From NCBI GenBank assembly GCA_029762535.1, contig JARVGK010000020.1, forward strand, positions 1-54,822: a stretch of 54,822 bases of DNA. Reading direction: 5' to 3'. The notes under the pieces were generated by a model. The model ran no database searches, had not been told where the DNA came from, and saw nothing but the letters and a program-made list of their open reading frames with translations. Every line of letters starts with the position of its first letter. Within the stretch, counting starts at the first letter, position 1. This DNA is from Thermoplasmatota archaeon (GTDB taxonomy: Archaea > Thermoplasmatota > Penumbrarchaeia > Penumbrarchaeales > Penumbrarchaeaceae). Below are positions 1 through 8,085 of this stretch, one piece after another. The position numbers were made by a program, and so were the translations under genes.

Positions 1-31
1 ACATGTATACTTTATTCGGTATTATGGTCTC

Positions 32-89
32 TGTGGGAGTCATACGGACGACCTCAAGGTTATGGCAAATCCGTATGGCTTTTCCCACA
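32..89. terminator. Imperfect inverted repeat (hairpin) just downstream of the minus-strand ORF
   Basis: TGTGGGA (32-38) pairs with TCCCACA (83-89); GTCATACGGA (39-48) pairs with TCCGTATGGC (70-79) with one G-U pair. Function not established. Confidence 0.35.
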
Positions 90-100
90 CTTAATATTTA

Positions 101-988
101 TTAATTATATTCAATATTTGTACCTTTTAGTTTAGCGCCAAGGCCATCTAGTAAAGGATCCATGTGACCTACATTAGAATTTGTATATATTTTTACAGGA
201 TTACCATCATCACTATATGTTGCTTCAGTATAACATATTATCCAATCCTCAAAATATTGGCCAGTTATATAATCCTTGAACTTCACATTCATTCGAATTT
301 TTATTTCGAAGTAATTGTATAGATCATTAGCCTCGCCGTTGTAGAAAGGTTTTCCTAATTGATTATTTTTTGTTATGTCAAGATGTGCAGTAAGTATAAA
401 TGCCATAAATATACTTTCATAATCACCGAAATTAAAAGTTGGCACAGTGTTTGGTGTGGGCCAGTAATCATCACTCCAACCCCAGCTCACAGCTTTGGAT
501 GAATCCTGGACATAAGTAGTAACTTGAGGTCTTGCTAAAGTATATCTATTGCCTACAGTAGAATCAGCTAACCAAATACACACATCAATGGTTTTTCCAC
601 TAGAATGTTCTGTTACAGGAAAAAAAATTGAAGCTGTTTGAAGAGAACCAGATGTTGGATAGATTTCAATTATGACCTCCTCCTTTAGAGTAAACCACAT
701 CATATCCCCAGTGTCTATTATAAATTGACCTATATAATCTCCACTATCTTCTTGATAAAAAGTTGTATAGTCTTCCGGATCTATATAACTATATATTATG
801 CACTGCGAATCTACTGTCGCTCCTTTGAGTTCTCCTTCCGCTAGAACTGGATTGATATAAAAGGTAATATCAGTAATCGCTGTTACGGGTGGCACTGAAA
901 GGTACCCACCAAATAACATCGTCAATACTACCATTATACCAACAACAGATATAGCCCATGACTTTTTCTTTTTTGCAAACATATTCAT
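101..988 (-). CDS. AT-rich hypothetical secreted protein (about 295 aa)
   Basis: ORF 101..1093. ATG at 988 is preceded by a GAGGT SD-like motif. N-terminus MNMFAKKKK plus a hydrophobic stretch looks like a signal peptide. Far more AT-rich than its neighbours. Confidence 0.7.
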   Translation of the reverse strand: MNMFAKKKKSWAISVVGIMVVLTMLFGGYLSVPPVTAITDITFYINPVLAEGELKGATVDSQCIIYSYIDPEDYTTFYQEDSGDYIGQFIIDTGDMMWFTLKEEVIIEIYPTSGSLQTASIFFPVTEHSSGKTIDVCIWLADSTVGNRYTLARPQVTTYVQDSSKAVSWGWSDDYWPTPNTVPTFNFGDYESIFMAFILTAHLDITKNNQLGKPFYNGEANDLYNYFEIKIRMNVKFKDYITGQYFEDWIICYTEATYSDDGNPVKIYTNSNVGHMDPLLDGLGAKLKGTNIEYN

Positions 989-1135
989 CGACCTCACATC
1001 TTTCACATATTCTGACCGACTCATCTCCCAATGAGACCGTCCTTGGATCACCCGGGATCCCTCCCTGATGGATCTCCTTGGTAGGTACGTCATAAAAATA
1101 TATAAAACTACCGAAAAATTCCGGAAAATAAATAT

Positions 1136-1169
1136 ATATTATATTATATTATATTATATTATATTATAT
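1136..1169. repeat. (ATATT)n microsatellite, 6 full copies plus a partial copy
   Basis: Read directly from the sequence. Confidence 0.9.
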
Positions 1170-1551
1170 GTAGGAACTATATAGACACATTGCCTGTGGA
1201 GACAATTCCCCTGCCATGGGGAAAGGTTCCATCTATCACCTCTGAGGGTGGGGGGAGGAGGTTGATCTATCGAACTGATCTATGTACGGTTATTCTGGAC
1301 CGGGATCCGGATCTCCTCCTTGCCATCATGGAGATCCCCGTTCTGATAAGAACGGTGGGAGATCCCGAGACGAGGGGGATCAATGATCAAGGCTTTTCTC
1401 CGACGGTCATCATCTCATCGGTAGAACCCTATCATATCCGATGCATCGAATATCTCGATCCCTTCATGATCCGCACATTTCACCTTCGTGACCAGGACCT
1501 TGGGGCCGTCGATGTCTGATCGGTCCGAAAACCTGGAGATCTGTAATTTCT

Positions 1552-1579
1552 TTAACCACGGTTTATTAACCACGGTTAA
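1552..1579. promoter_or_regulatory. Tandem palindromic motif TTAACC-AC-GGTT(T/A)A, two copies
   Basis: TTAACCACGGTT at 1552-1563 and 1566-1577. The second copy is the dyad TTAACC-N2-GGTTAA. Confidence 0.3.
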
Positions 1580-1609
1580 CGAAATTCCGTCCCGATCCGA
1601 TCGGACCGT

Positions 1610-2695
1610 TCACTGGTTCTTCGCCTGGAAGTCCTTCAGGAACTCGACCAGATGCTTGACGCCATCCATTGACATGGCGTTGTAGATCGAGGCCCTCATG
1701 CCTCCGACGGATCTGTGGCCCTTGAGCCCGACCATTCCCGTCTTCTTCGCCTCATCCACTATCTGCTTCTCCAGATCCTCGGTCGGCAGCTTGAAGGTGA
1801 CGTTCATCAGCGATCTCGAGTCAGGATCGGCATGCCCCTTGTAGAAGCCGCCGGAGTTCTCGATCGCATCGTATAGGAGCTTGGCCTTCTCTCTATTGAT
1901 CCTCTCGAAGTAGGGGACGCCTCCCTTCTCCTTCATATATTCCAGAACCAGCTTGCACATGTATATCGCCCAGCAGGGCGGGGTATTGAAAAGAGAGTCC
2001 TCCGCCGCGTGAGTGCTGTACTTCAGCATTGTCGGGGCCTTCTCCGGTGCTTTCGGGAGGAGATCCTCCCGGATCACCGCAAGAGTCACTCCAGCAGGTC
2101 CGAGGTTCTTCTGGACCCCTGCGTAGAGAAGTGCGATCCTCTTCACATCGATTACCTTATCCATCAGGTTCGAGGACATGTCCACGACCAGGGGAACATC
2201 GGAAGGCACCTTCGGATCGTAGTGCCACTCCGTCCCGAATATCGTGTTGTTCCCCGTTATGTGGGCGAACGCGGCATCCTCGGAGAAGGATACGTCCTTC
2301 GGGATGTACGAGAAGTTCTTATCCTCGGATGATGCGACCACCTTGACCTCGCCGAAGAGCTTGGCCTCCTTGATCGCTTTCTTCGACCAGGCGCCGGTGT
2401 TCACGTATTCCATGGGTTTCCCCGGCACTGACAGATTCTGCGGGACCATCAGGAACTGCGTCGAAGCGCCTCCCTGAAGCCAGAGGACCTTGTAACCGTC
2501 CGGCCATCCCATCAGCTCCTTCACGAGGGACATCGCCTCGTGATGCATGGCATCATATTCCTTGGACCTGTGGGAGACCTCCATGACGGACATCCCGGTA
2601 TTCTCCCAATCAAGCATCTCATCCTTTGCCCTCTCCAGAACGGGCACGGGAAGCGTTGCTGGTCCTGCGTTGAAGTTATACACTCTCTTTGCCAT
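1610..2695 (-). CDS. serC: Phosphoserine aminotransferase (bacterial type)
   Basis: NFNAGPA, EVSHRS, LQGGAS, GVQKNLGPAG (PLP lysine), FNTPP, GHRSVGGMRASIYNA. Confidence 0.97.
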   Translation of the reverse strand: MAKRVYNFNAGPATLPVPVLERAKDEMLDWENTGMSVMEVSHRSKEYDAMHHEAMSLVKELMGWPDGYKVLWLQGGASTQFLMVPQNLSVPGKPMEYVNTGAWSKKAIKEAKLFGEVKVVASSEDKNFSYIPKDVSFSEDAAFAHITGNNTIFGTEWHYDPKVPSDVPLVVDMSSNLMDKVIDVKRIALLYAGVQKNLGPAGVTLAVIREDLLPKAPEKAPTMLKYSTHAAEDSLFNTPPCWAIYMCKLVLEYMKEKGGVPYFERINREKAKLLYDAIENSGGFYKGHADPDSRSLMNVTFKLPTEDLEKQIVDEAKKTGMVGLKGHRSVGGMRASIYNAMSMDGVKHLVEFLKDFQAKNQ

Positions 2696-2711
2696 TCTTT
2701 TCCCTCCTAAG

Positions 2712-4040
2712 CTATACCTTGTTGAAAGTGAAACCGGTCCAAACCTTCGGATGGAAGAACGTGGACTTCTGCGGCATGCACTCGAAATTGCGCGCCACGG
2801 CCTCCACCTCGCCTATCCTCGTCGGGTTCATGAAGAAGACCGCCTGGGCGTCCTTCTTCACTGATTCTATCGATTCGTCAACCGCATCTCCGATGCCCTT
2901 GATATATACCACATATCCACCGCCGGTCATCGTGCCGTGCAGCAGCTTCTCCTTGTCGATCCCTAGGATCCTGTCGAGTATCAATGAGTGGAGTATGGAC
3001 ACGTCGAGGTACCTCAACTGCGGGGACCTATCAGGGAGGATCGAGTCCATGACGGACTCGTCCTTGAGGGTCAGGCAGTAGAACTTCCTATCGTTCATGA
3101 ACAATCCGAACGCATGCTTTCCTTCTTCGAAGAGCTTTTCCATGCGCTTGAACATACCGCTCTTCGTCTTGTACTCGGCCATTTCGAAGTCCCTGCCGAT
3201 CTTCTTAAGAAGATCGCGCGGCTTGAATCCCTCGAGGTTCTGGACCACCCTATGGGTCGGGAGGATGACAAGGCCGGTATTGGCCATGTTCACGAATGCC
3301 ATCATGCGATATTTTGCGCTTTCGTTCTTCGGGTTCTCGTCCCTGAATGCGAGCGCCGTCTTGTATCGATGATGGCCGTCGGCGATTATCACGTATTTGT
3401 CGGCCATGGTCCGGGTGATCGACTCGACGTCCTTGGCTCCGTCCACTATCCAGAGCCTGTCGCGCACCCCGTCGGCGTCATAGACGTCTATCACGGGCTT
3501 CTTCTTCATGTATTTCTCCAGTATGCGGTCCACCTTCCCCTCATGGTCAGGATAGATCACGAAGATCTGCCCGTCCTGGACGTGGGTCTGCGTGTAGAGG
3601 TTCAGCCTGTCCTGTATGTCCTTGGGAAGGGTCTCCTCGTGCTGAAGGACTCCCGTGAACGACCCGCTCTCCGGAGCCTTCTTTCCGAACTCCTCGAGCT
3701 CAAGAAGGCCGATGAAGCCGAACCTGAAGAGCTCCCTATCCCCGACATCGAAGTTCTGCCCGTATATGTAGAAGGCCTCCTTCTCATCCCTTTTCAAGGC
3801 GCCTTCCTTCATCCATTTCTCGATGAGATGCTTCGCCCTGGTGTACTGGTTTTCCTTGTCCGCGTCGCCTTCTTGAGGTTTGTTCTTGGTGATCCAGGCG
3901 ACGTTGTACGGGGATAATGATTGGATCTCATCGACCTTCTTGCCCTTGATCACATCATAGGGAGGGGCCACTGCTTTTGAGAGATCCCCCACCACACCGG
4001 GATCGTACCTGTATGCCCTGAAAGGAACCGCTTTCACCAT
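2712..4040 (-). CDS. DUF1015 family protein
   Basis: PFRAYRY, PPYDVI, HEET, IADGHHRY, PTHR, MPQKSTFFHPK. Start placed at 4040 (MVKAVPF), with a TATA-like TTTATG about 26-30 nt upstream. Confidence 0.9.
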   Translation of the reverse strand: MVKAVPFRAYRYDPGVVGDLSKAVAPPYDVIKGKKVDEIQSLSPYNVAWITKNKPQEGDADKENQYTRAKHLIEKWMKEGALKRDEKEAFYIYGQNFDVGDRELFRFGFIGLLELEEFGKKAPESGSFTGVLQHEETLPKDIQDRLNLYTQTHVQDGQIFVIYPDHEGKVDRILEKYMKKKPVIDVYDADGVRDRLWIVDGAKDVESITRTMADKYVIIADGHHRYKTALAFRDENPKNESAKYRMMAFVNMANTGLVILPTHRVVQNLEGFKPRDLLKKIGRDFEMAEYKTKSGMFKRMEKLFEEGKHAFGLFMNDRKFYCLTLKDESVMDSILPDRSPQLRYLDVSILHSLILDRILGIDKEKLLHGTMTGGGYVVYIKGIGDAVDESIESVKKDAQAVFFMNPTRIGEVEAVARNFECMPQKSTFFHPKVWTGFTFNKV

Positions 4041-4197
4041 GGTGGGCAGTATAGATGATGCCTCCATAAATGTTTCTACCTATCTAGGACGAAGGATCTG
4101 TAAAGAGTATCATTTGGATCATCTGAACCAGGGATCATGAATCATGGTTCGAATATCAATGATCAAAAGGCCCCATGATGAGAAAAGGAAACATCCC

Positions 4198-4836
4198 TCA
4201 TCTACAGATGATCAAACAGGCATGGTCCTTCTGGAAGGGATCCAATTCCACGACCTCCATGACGCTCCAACCTTTCTTCCCAAGGATCGAGGCGGCTTCC
4301 TCGAATATTTTCCCGGGATCGGATGTGACATCGACGCTTCTCGCCTTCAGCATAAGATACCCGATCCCATCACCCGCAAGCATCATATCCGCGTTCTTGA
4401 TGAACATTCCGACCTGGTCCTTCTGGGAAACGTCCTGATAAAGGGTGTTCACCCTTCCGACCATGGGAAGATATTTCTCAGGATGGAATGCATCCTCAAG
4501 GATCGGGACGATGTTGCCTCTCTCCCTTGCGATCGAGGCAAGCTTCCTGTAAGCCGTGGGGGAGAACTCAACCGCGTAGATGACCGAATCCGGAAGAAGG
4601 TCAGATATATGGGTCACCGTGGTGCCCTGAGCAGCCCCTAAATAGAGTACCGGACCTTTGAGTTGGGGGAGATGACCCCCCATCCTCCTAATCAGGGCCG
4701 CAAGCTTGGACCGCCAGGGGATCCACTCCCTGAACTTCTTCCCCTCGATCTCGATGATCTCCTCTCCGTAGACGGGAGATCCGCCTTTCATGTCGAGGGT
4801 GTATATCTTTCCATCCTTGAATGCGATCCGATCCAT
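4198..4836 (-). CDS. flpA: Fibrillarin-like rRNA/tRNA 2'-O-methyltransferase
   Basis: REWIPWRSKLAA, VLYLGAAQGTTVTHISD, AVEFS, YQDVSQ, KARSVD, PFQKDH. Confidence 0.96.
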   Translation of the reverse strand: MDRIAFKDGKIYTLDMKGGSPVYGEEIIEIEGKKFREWIPWRSKLAALIRRMGGHLPQLKGPVLYLGAAQGTTVTHISDLLPDSVIYAVEFSPTAYRKLASIARERGNIVPILEDAFHPEKYLPMVGRVNTLYQDVSQKDQVGMFIKNADMMLAGDGIGYLMLKARSVDVTSDPGKIFEEAASILGKKGWSVMEVVELDPFQKDHACLIICR

Positions 4837-5070
4837 GGCAGGGCATGGCCAAGATCGTATTATATTCTGACGGCCCCTATTTTTCCATTGGGTAGGGCCA
4901 TGCCATTATCCCGCCCTCGAGGACCTTCACGTTGTTATATCCTTTCTGCATGAGGATCCTCGCAGCGGTCGATCTTGCACTTGAGCTGCTCGGCGGATCC
5001 ACGTATCACTACTATATTCTTCCATGTTCCATCGAGGTCCACACCGGGGCGCAATACCACCATCGAGGAC
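4691..5070. repeat. Copy A of a diverged direct duplication, homologous to 5962-6234, 6404-6446 and 7803-7882
   Basis: 4691-4836 versus 5962-6107 shows 15 mismatches in 146 nt and no indels (counted by eye). Similarity continues through the intergenic region and the reductase gene ends. Confidence 0.9.
4877..5032 (-). pseudogene. Collapsed remnant of the CoA-disulfide reductase/rhodanese gene
   Basis: Retains the ATG-GAA-CAT start (as at 7845), an internal piece (as at 6404-6446) and a C-terminus ARILMQKGYNNVKVLEGGIMAWPYPMEK* versus ARILMQNGWKNVKVLEGGIVAWPYPREK* in the intact gene. Confidence 0.85.
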
Positions 5071-5110
5071 GTGTGAACATAGTAAAACCGGGTATTTTTT
5101 GATCTCTATG

Positions 5111-5124
5111 AATAAATATTTATT
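5111..5124. promoter_or_regulatory. Perfect palindrome AATAAATATTTATT upstream of the PIN gene (candidate operator or promoter)
   Basis: 14-bp self-complementary sequence about 30 nt upstream of the ATG at 5153. Confidence 0.4.
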
Positions 5125-5152
5125 GTCCTATGTTCATATAAACTTCGATAAC

Positions 5153-5629
5153 ATGAAAAAATTGAGGGCCTATATCGATACATCCGTGATCGGAGCACTT
5201 TTTGATAAGGAGGATAAAAATCGTATTAGAACGACACAAAAGTTGCTGGATATAATAAAAGATAGAGAAAAATATGAACCATTTATTTCGAATGTTTTCT
5301 TGGAGGAGATAGATGAAGCTCCGCTAAATTTAAAGAAAGGTCTGAAAAAAGTCATTGACGAAATGGCTTTTGATATTATCTTGGAGAACGAAGAGTCTGT
5401 GGAATTGGTCAAGGCATATATGGATGAAAAGATCCTGAACGAAAAAAATAGAGATGATGCAAGACATGTTGCACTTTCCGTTGTCAACAACATAGACTTC
5501 ATGGTATCTTGGAATTGCAAACACCTGTCCAATATAGAGAAAAAGAGAGGGTTCAATGCAATAAATTTAAAAATGGGTTATAGAGAGATAGACATAATCA
5601 CCCCATTGGAGGTGTCCAAAGATGACTGA
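5153..5629 (+). CDS. PIN-domain ribonuclease (VapC-like toxin)
   Basis: AYIDTSVI, EEI, DDARHVA, MVSWNCKHL, IITPLE. AT-rich. Start at MKKLR. Confidence 0.9.
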   Translation: MKKLRAYIDTSVIGALFDKEDKNRIRTTQKLLDIIKDREKYEPFISNVFLEEIDEAPLNLKKGLKKVIDEMAFDIILENEESVELVKAYMDEKILNEKNRDDARHVALSVVNNIDFMVSWNCKHLSNIEKKRGFNAINLKMGYREIDIITPLEVSKDD

Positions 5630-5774
5630 ATGGGAATATGAATCACTAAGGTGGATCCACAAGGTCAGAGAAAAGAACTACAAGAGAACAAAGAATATCC
5701 CATTGGAGAAGGTCATAGAGCAAAGTGTGGAAAGAGCCAATAAGTACATTCAGAAAAAGAATAAGAGATCATAA
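5622..5774 (+). CDS. 50-aa basic protein, putative antitoxin or partner (not in the ORF track)
   Basis: GGAGGTG SD at 5608-5614. Overlaps the PIN stop codon. Sequence MTEWEYESLRWIHKVREKNYKRTKNIPLEKVIEQSVERANKYIQKKNKRS. Confidence 0.75.
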   Translation: MTEWEYESLRWIHKVREKNYKRTKNIPLEKVIEQSVERANKYIQKKNKRS

Positions 5775-5945
5775 CTTATAAGAGATCGGGAGAAAATTCA
5801 GATAGCCCTAAGGTAAGATCTGACCCTCTACCTCGATATACTTGACGTGGTCAGACGTTCTTATTTTCTTTCCGTGTTGCTTTAGGACGACCCCCCATTT
5901 TTCAGTCCTTGATCTCTGATGGAGGCATGGTAGAACTGGTGCAAC

Positions 5946-6107
5946 TTACGGAAGCCTCTTGATCAGGGCCCCCATCTTGGACCGCCAGGGGATCCACTCC
6001 CTGAACTTTTTGCCCCCGATCTCGACTATCTCCTCGCTGTAGACGGAGGATCCGCCTTTCATGTCGAGAGTGAATATCTTTCCATCCCTGAATGCGATCC
6101 GATCCAT
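5946..6107 (-). pseudogene. Truncated second copy of the fibrillarin 5' end (53 codons)
   Basis: MDRIAFRDGKIFTLDMKGGSSVYSEEIVEIGGKKFREWIPWRSKMGALIKRLP* versus flpA MDRIAFKDGKIYTLDMKGGSPVYGEEIIEIEGKKFREWIPWRSKLAALIRRM. Confidence 0.9.
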
Positions 6108-6147
6108 GGAATGTCATGGCCAAGACCGTATTATATTCTGACGGCCC

Positions 6148-7845
6148 CTATTTCTCCCTCGGGTATGGCCACGCCACGATCCCGCCCTCGAGGACCTTGA
6201 CGTTCTTCCACCCGTTCTGCATCAGGATCCTCGCCCCTTCGTAACCCCTCAACGAGATCTTGCAGTAGCATACGATCTCTTTCTCCTTATCCTGAGGGAT
6301 CTCGTGCAGCCTCTTCCTCAGCGCTCCGAGGGGGATGAGGGTCTCCCCGATGCCGAGCCTCATCATCTCGTACTCGTCGGGGCCCCTGAGGTCGAGTATA
6401 TAGGGATCCTCACAGCGGTCGATCTTGCACTTGAGCTCTTCGGCGGTGATGCCCGTGAAAAGCCCCCTCATCTTGTTCTGAAGCACCTGGGCCGTCATTA
6501 TCAGATTGTCAACCGCCAGGGTGAACGGAGGAGCATAGGGGAGGTCCGCATTGACAAGGTCCTCGACGGTCAATCCGCCCATGATCGCAACGGCGGCCTG
6601 CGAAACCTGCTTGGAGACGTCCCCGGGCCCTATGCACTGGAATCCCAGCACCCTCCCGGTGTCTTTCTCCGCCACCATCTTGTTTATTAGAAGCTTTCCC
6701 CCCATAAAGCCTGGTTTATCCGGCCCCGATGTCAGGACGCTTGTGACACCGAACCCTTCCTTTATGGCCGCTCTCTCGCTCAATCCGGTGGACCCGGCGG
6801 AGAAATCAAACACCTTGCATATGCCGGTCTGGATCGCTCCGGGGTGTTTCACGGAGTTTCCCAGCACCGCGTTCTCCCCTGCCACCCGGCCCTGAAGGTT
6901 GGCGAGGTCACCCCACGGGGCATGTATCCTCTTTCCGGTCTGCTTCTGTACGGCCTCCACGCAGTCCCCTATGGCGTAAATATCCGGGTCCGAGGTCTGC
7001 ATATATTCATCGATGAGTATCCCCCTTCTATCCCCCAATAGAAGGCCCGCCTTTTTAGCGAGCTCCGAATTGGGGACCACACCGGTAGCCACGACCGCCA
7101 GTTCACATGGCAGCTCGGTCCCGTTGGAGAGCTTGACCCCGGTAAGCTTACCATCGTTCCCGAGGAATTCCGATACCGAACTGTCGGTTATGACGATGGC
7201 GGCATAATCCTTCACGTGTCCTTCTAGGACCTTAGCAAGCTGCCAATCAAGGAAGGTCAGCACCTGCGGCAGCATCTCGATCACCGTGATCTCGATCCCT
7301 GCCAGATGGAGGGCTTCGCACGTCTCCATCCCGATGAGGCCCCCGCCCACGACGACGGCTTTCTTCACATTCCCCTCGTCGCGGACCTTTCTCAGATAGT
7401 CCGCGTCCTTCATTGACTGGAGTGTTGTTATACCGTCGAGTTCGATCCCAGGTATCGGGGGCATTCTGGGCTTCGAACCCGTGGCGATTATTAGTTTGTC
7501 GTATTCGACATCGAACTCCCTTCCGTCACCCAGGTCCCTGCAGCTGACTTTTTTGGACGCCCTGTCGATCCCGATCGCCTCGGTCCTCGTGAGCGCCTTG
7601 ATCTTCTTGGCGTTCATGTAGAAGGTCGGATCCCTAACCACTCCTGTCGGAGTACATAGGAGCTGATTCCTGTTGTCGAACACGCCCCCTACATAGTAAG
7701 GATAACCGCAAGAGGCCATCGACAGGTCCGGATCCTTCTGTATTATGATAACTTCCGCGTTCTCGTCAAGCCTTCTGGCCCTCGCCGCTGCCTTCGGCCC
7801 TGCGGCGGATCCGCCTATCACAACGATCTTCTTCACATGTTCCAT
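6148..7845 (-). CDS. FAD-dependent CoA-disulfide/persulfide reductase with a C-terminal rhodanese domain
   Basis: GGSAAG, SMASCGYPY (redox Cys), ATG, GGGLIG, AIGDC, DLPYAPPF, LDLRGPDEY, YCKISLRG, LEGGIVAW. Confidence 0.92.
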   Translation of the reverse strand: MEHVKKIVVIGGSAAGPKAAARARRLDENAEVIIIQKDPDLSMASCGYPYYVGGVFDNRNQLLCTPTGVVRDPTFYMNAKKIKALTRTEAIGIDRASKKVSCRDLGDGREFDVEYDKLIIATGSKPRMPPIPGIELDGITTLQSMKDADYLRKVRDEGNVKKAVVVGGGLIGMETCEALHLAGIEITVIEMLPQVLTFLDWQLAKVLEGHVKDYAAIVITDSSVSEFLGNDGKLTGVKLSNGTELPCELAVVATGVVPNSELAKKAGLLLGDRRGILIDEYMQTSDPDIYAIGDCVEAVQKQTGKRIHAPWGDLANLQGRVAGENAVLGNSVKHPGAIQTGICKVFDFSAGSTGLSERAAIKEGFGVTSVLTSGPDKPGFMGGKLLINKMVAEKDTGRVLGFQCIGPGDVSKQVSQAAVAIMGGLTVEDLVNADLPYAPPFTLAVDNLIMTAQVLQNKMRGLFTGITAEELKCKIDRCEDPYILDLRGPDEYEMMRLGIGETLIPLGALRKRLHEIPQDKEKEIVCYCKISLRGYEGARILMQNGWKNVKVLEGGIVAWPYPREK

Positions 7846-8085
7846 CGAGATCACTACCAGGGCAAAACACTACCTTGAGGACATAATTAACAACTGGATT
7901 ATTAATTTAATTGATTTTTCACAAATAATCACATCGATTCCATTACAATTATTTGTATTTCATAGATCATCTGTGTCAAACAAGTTCTGTATACGATAAG
8001 GTCTCCTTTCGGTCTTTAAATCGATAACTATCGCTCACCTCCCACCCGATGTATTCTTTATACCTTCGACCGATACCCTGCTGTC

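Noticed and set aside
1190-1519. 109-aa plus-strand ORF
   Set aside because: TTG start without an SD and no recognisable motif.
2988-3917. Long antisense ORFs (for example 2988..3917, 28250..29182, 29786..30793, 32158..32985)
   Set aside because: Shadow frames of well-supported genes, typical of GC-rich codon usage.
4124-4138. 15-bp match TGAACCAGGGATCAT with 9617-9631
   Set aside because: A few 15-mer matches are expected by chance in 55 kb, and flanking similarity is weak.
5775-5945. Faint resemblance to internal fibrillarin sequence beyond the truncated copy
   Set aside because: Too degenerate to support by eye; needs a proper alignment.
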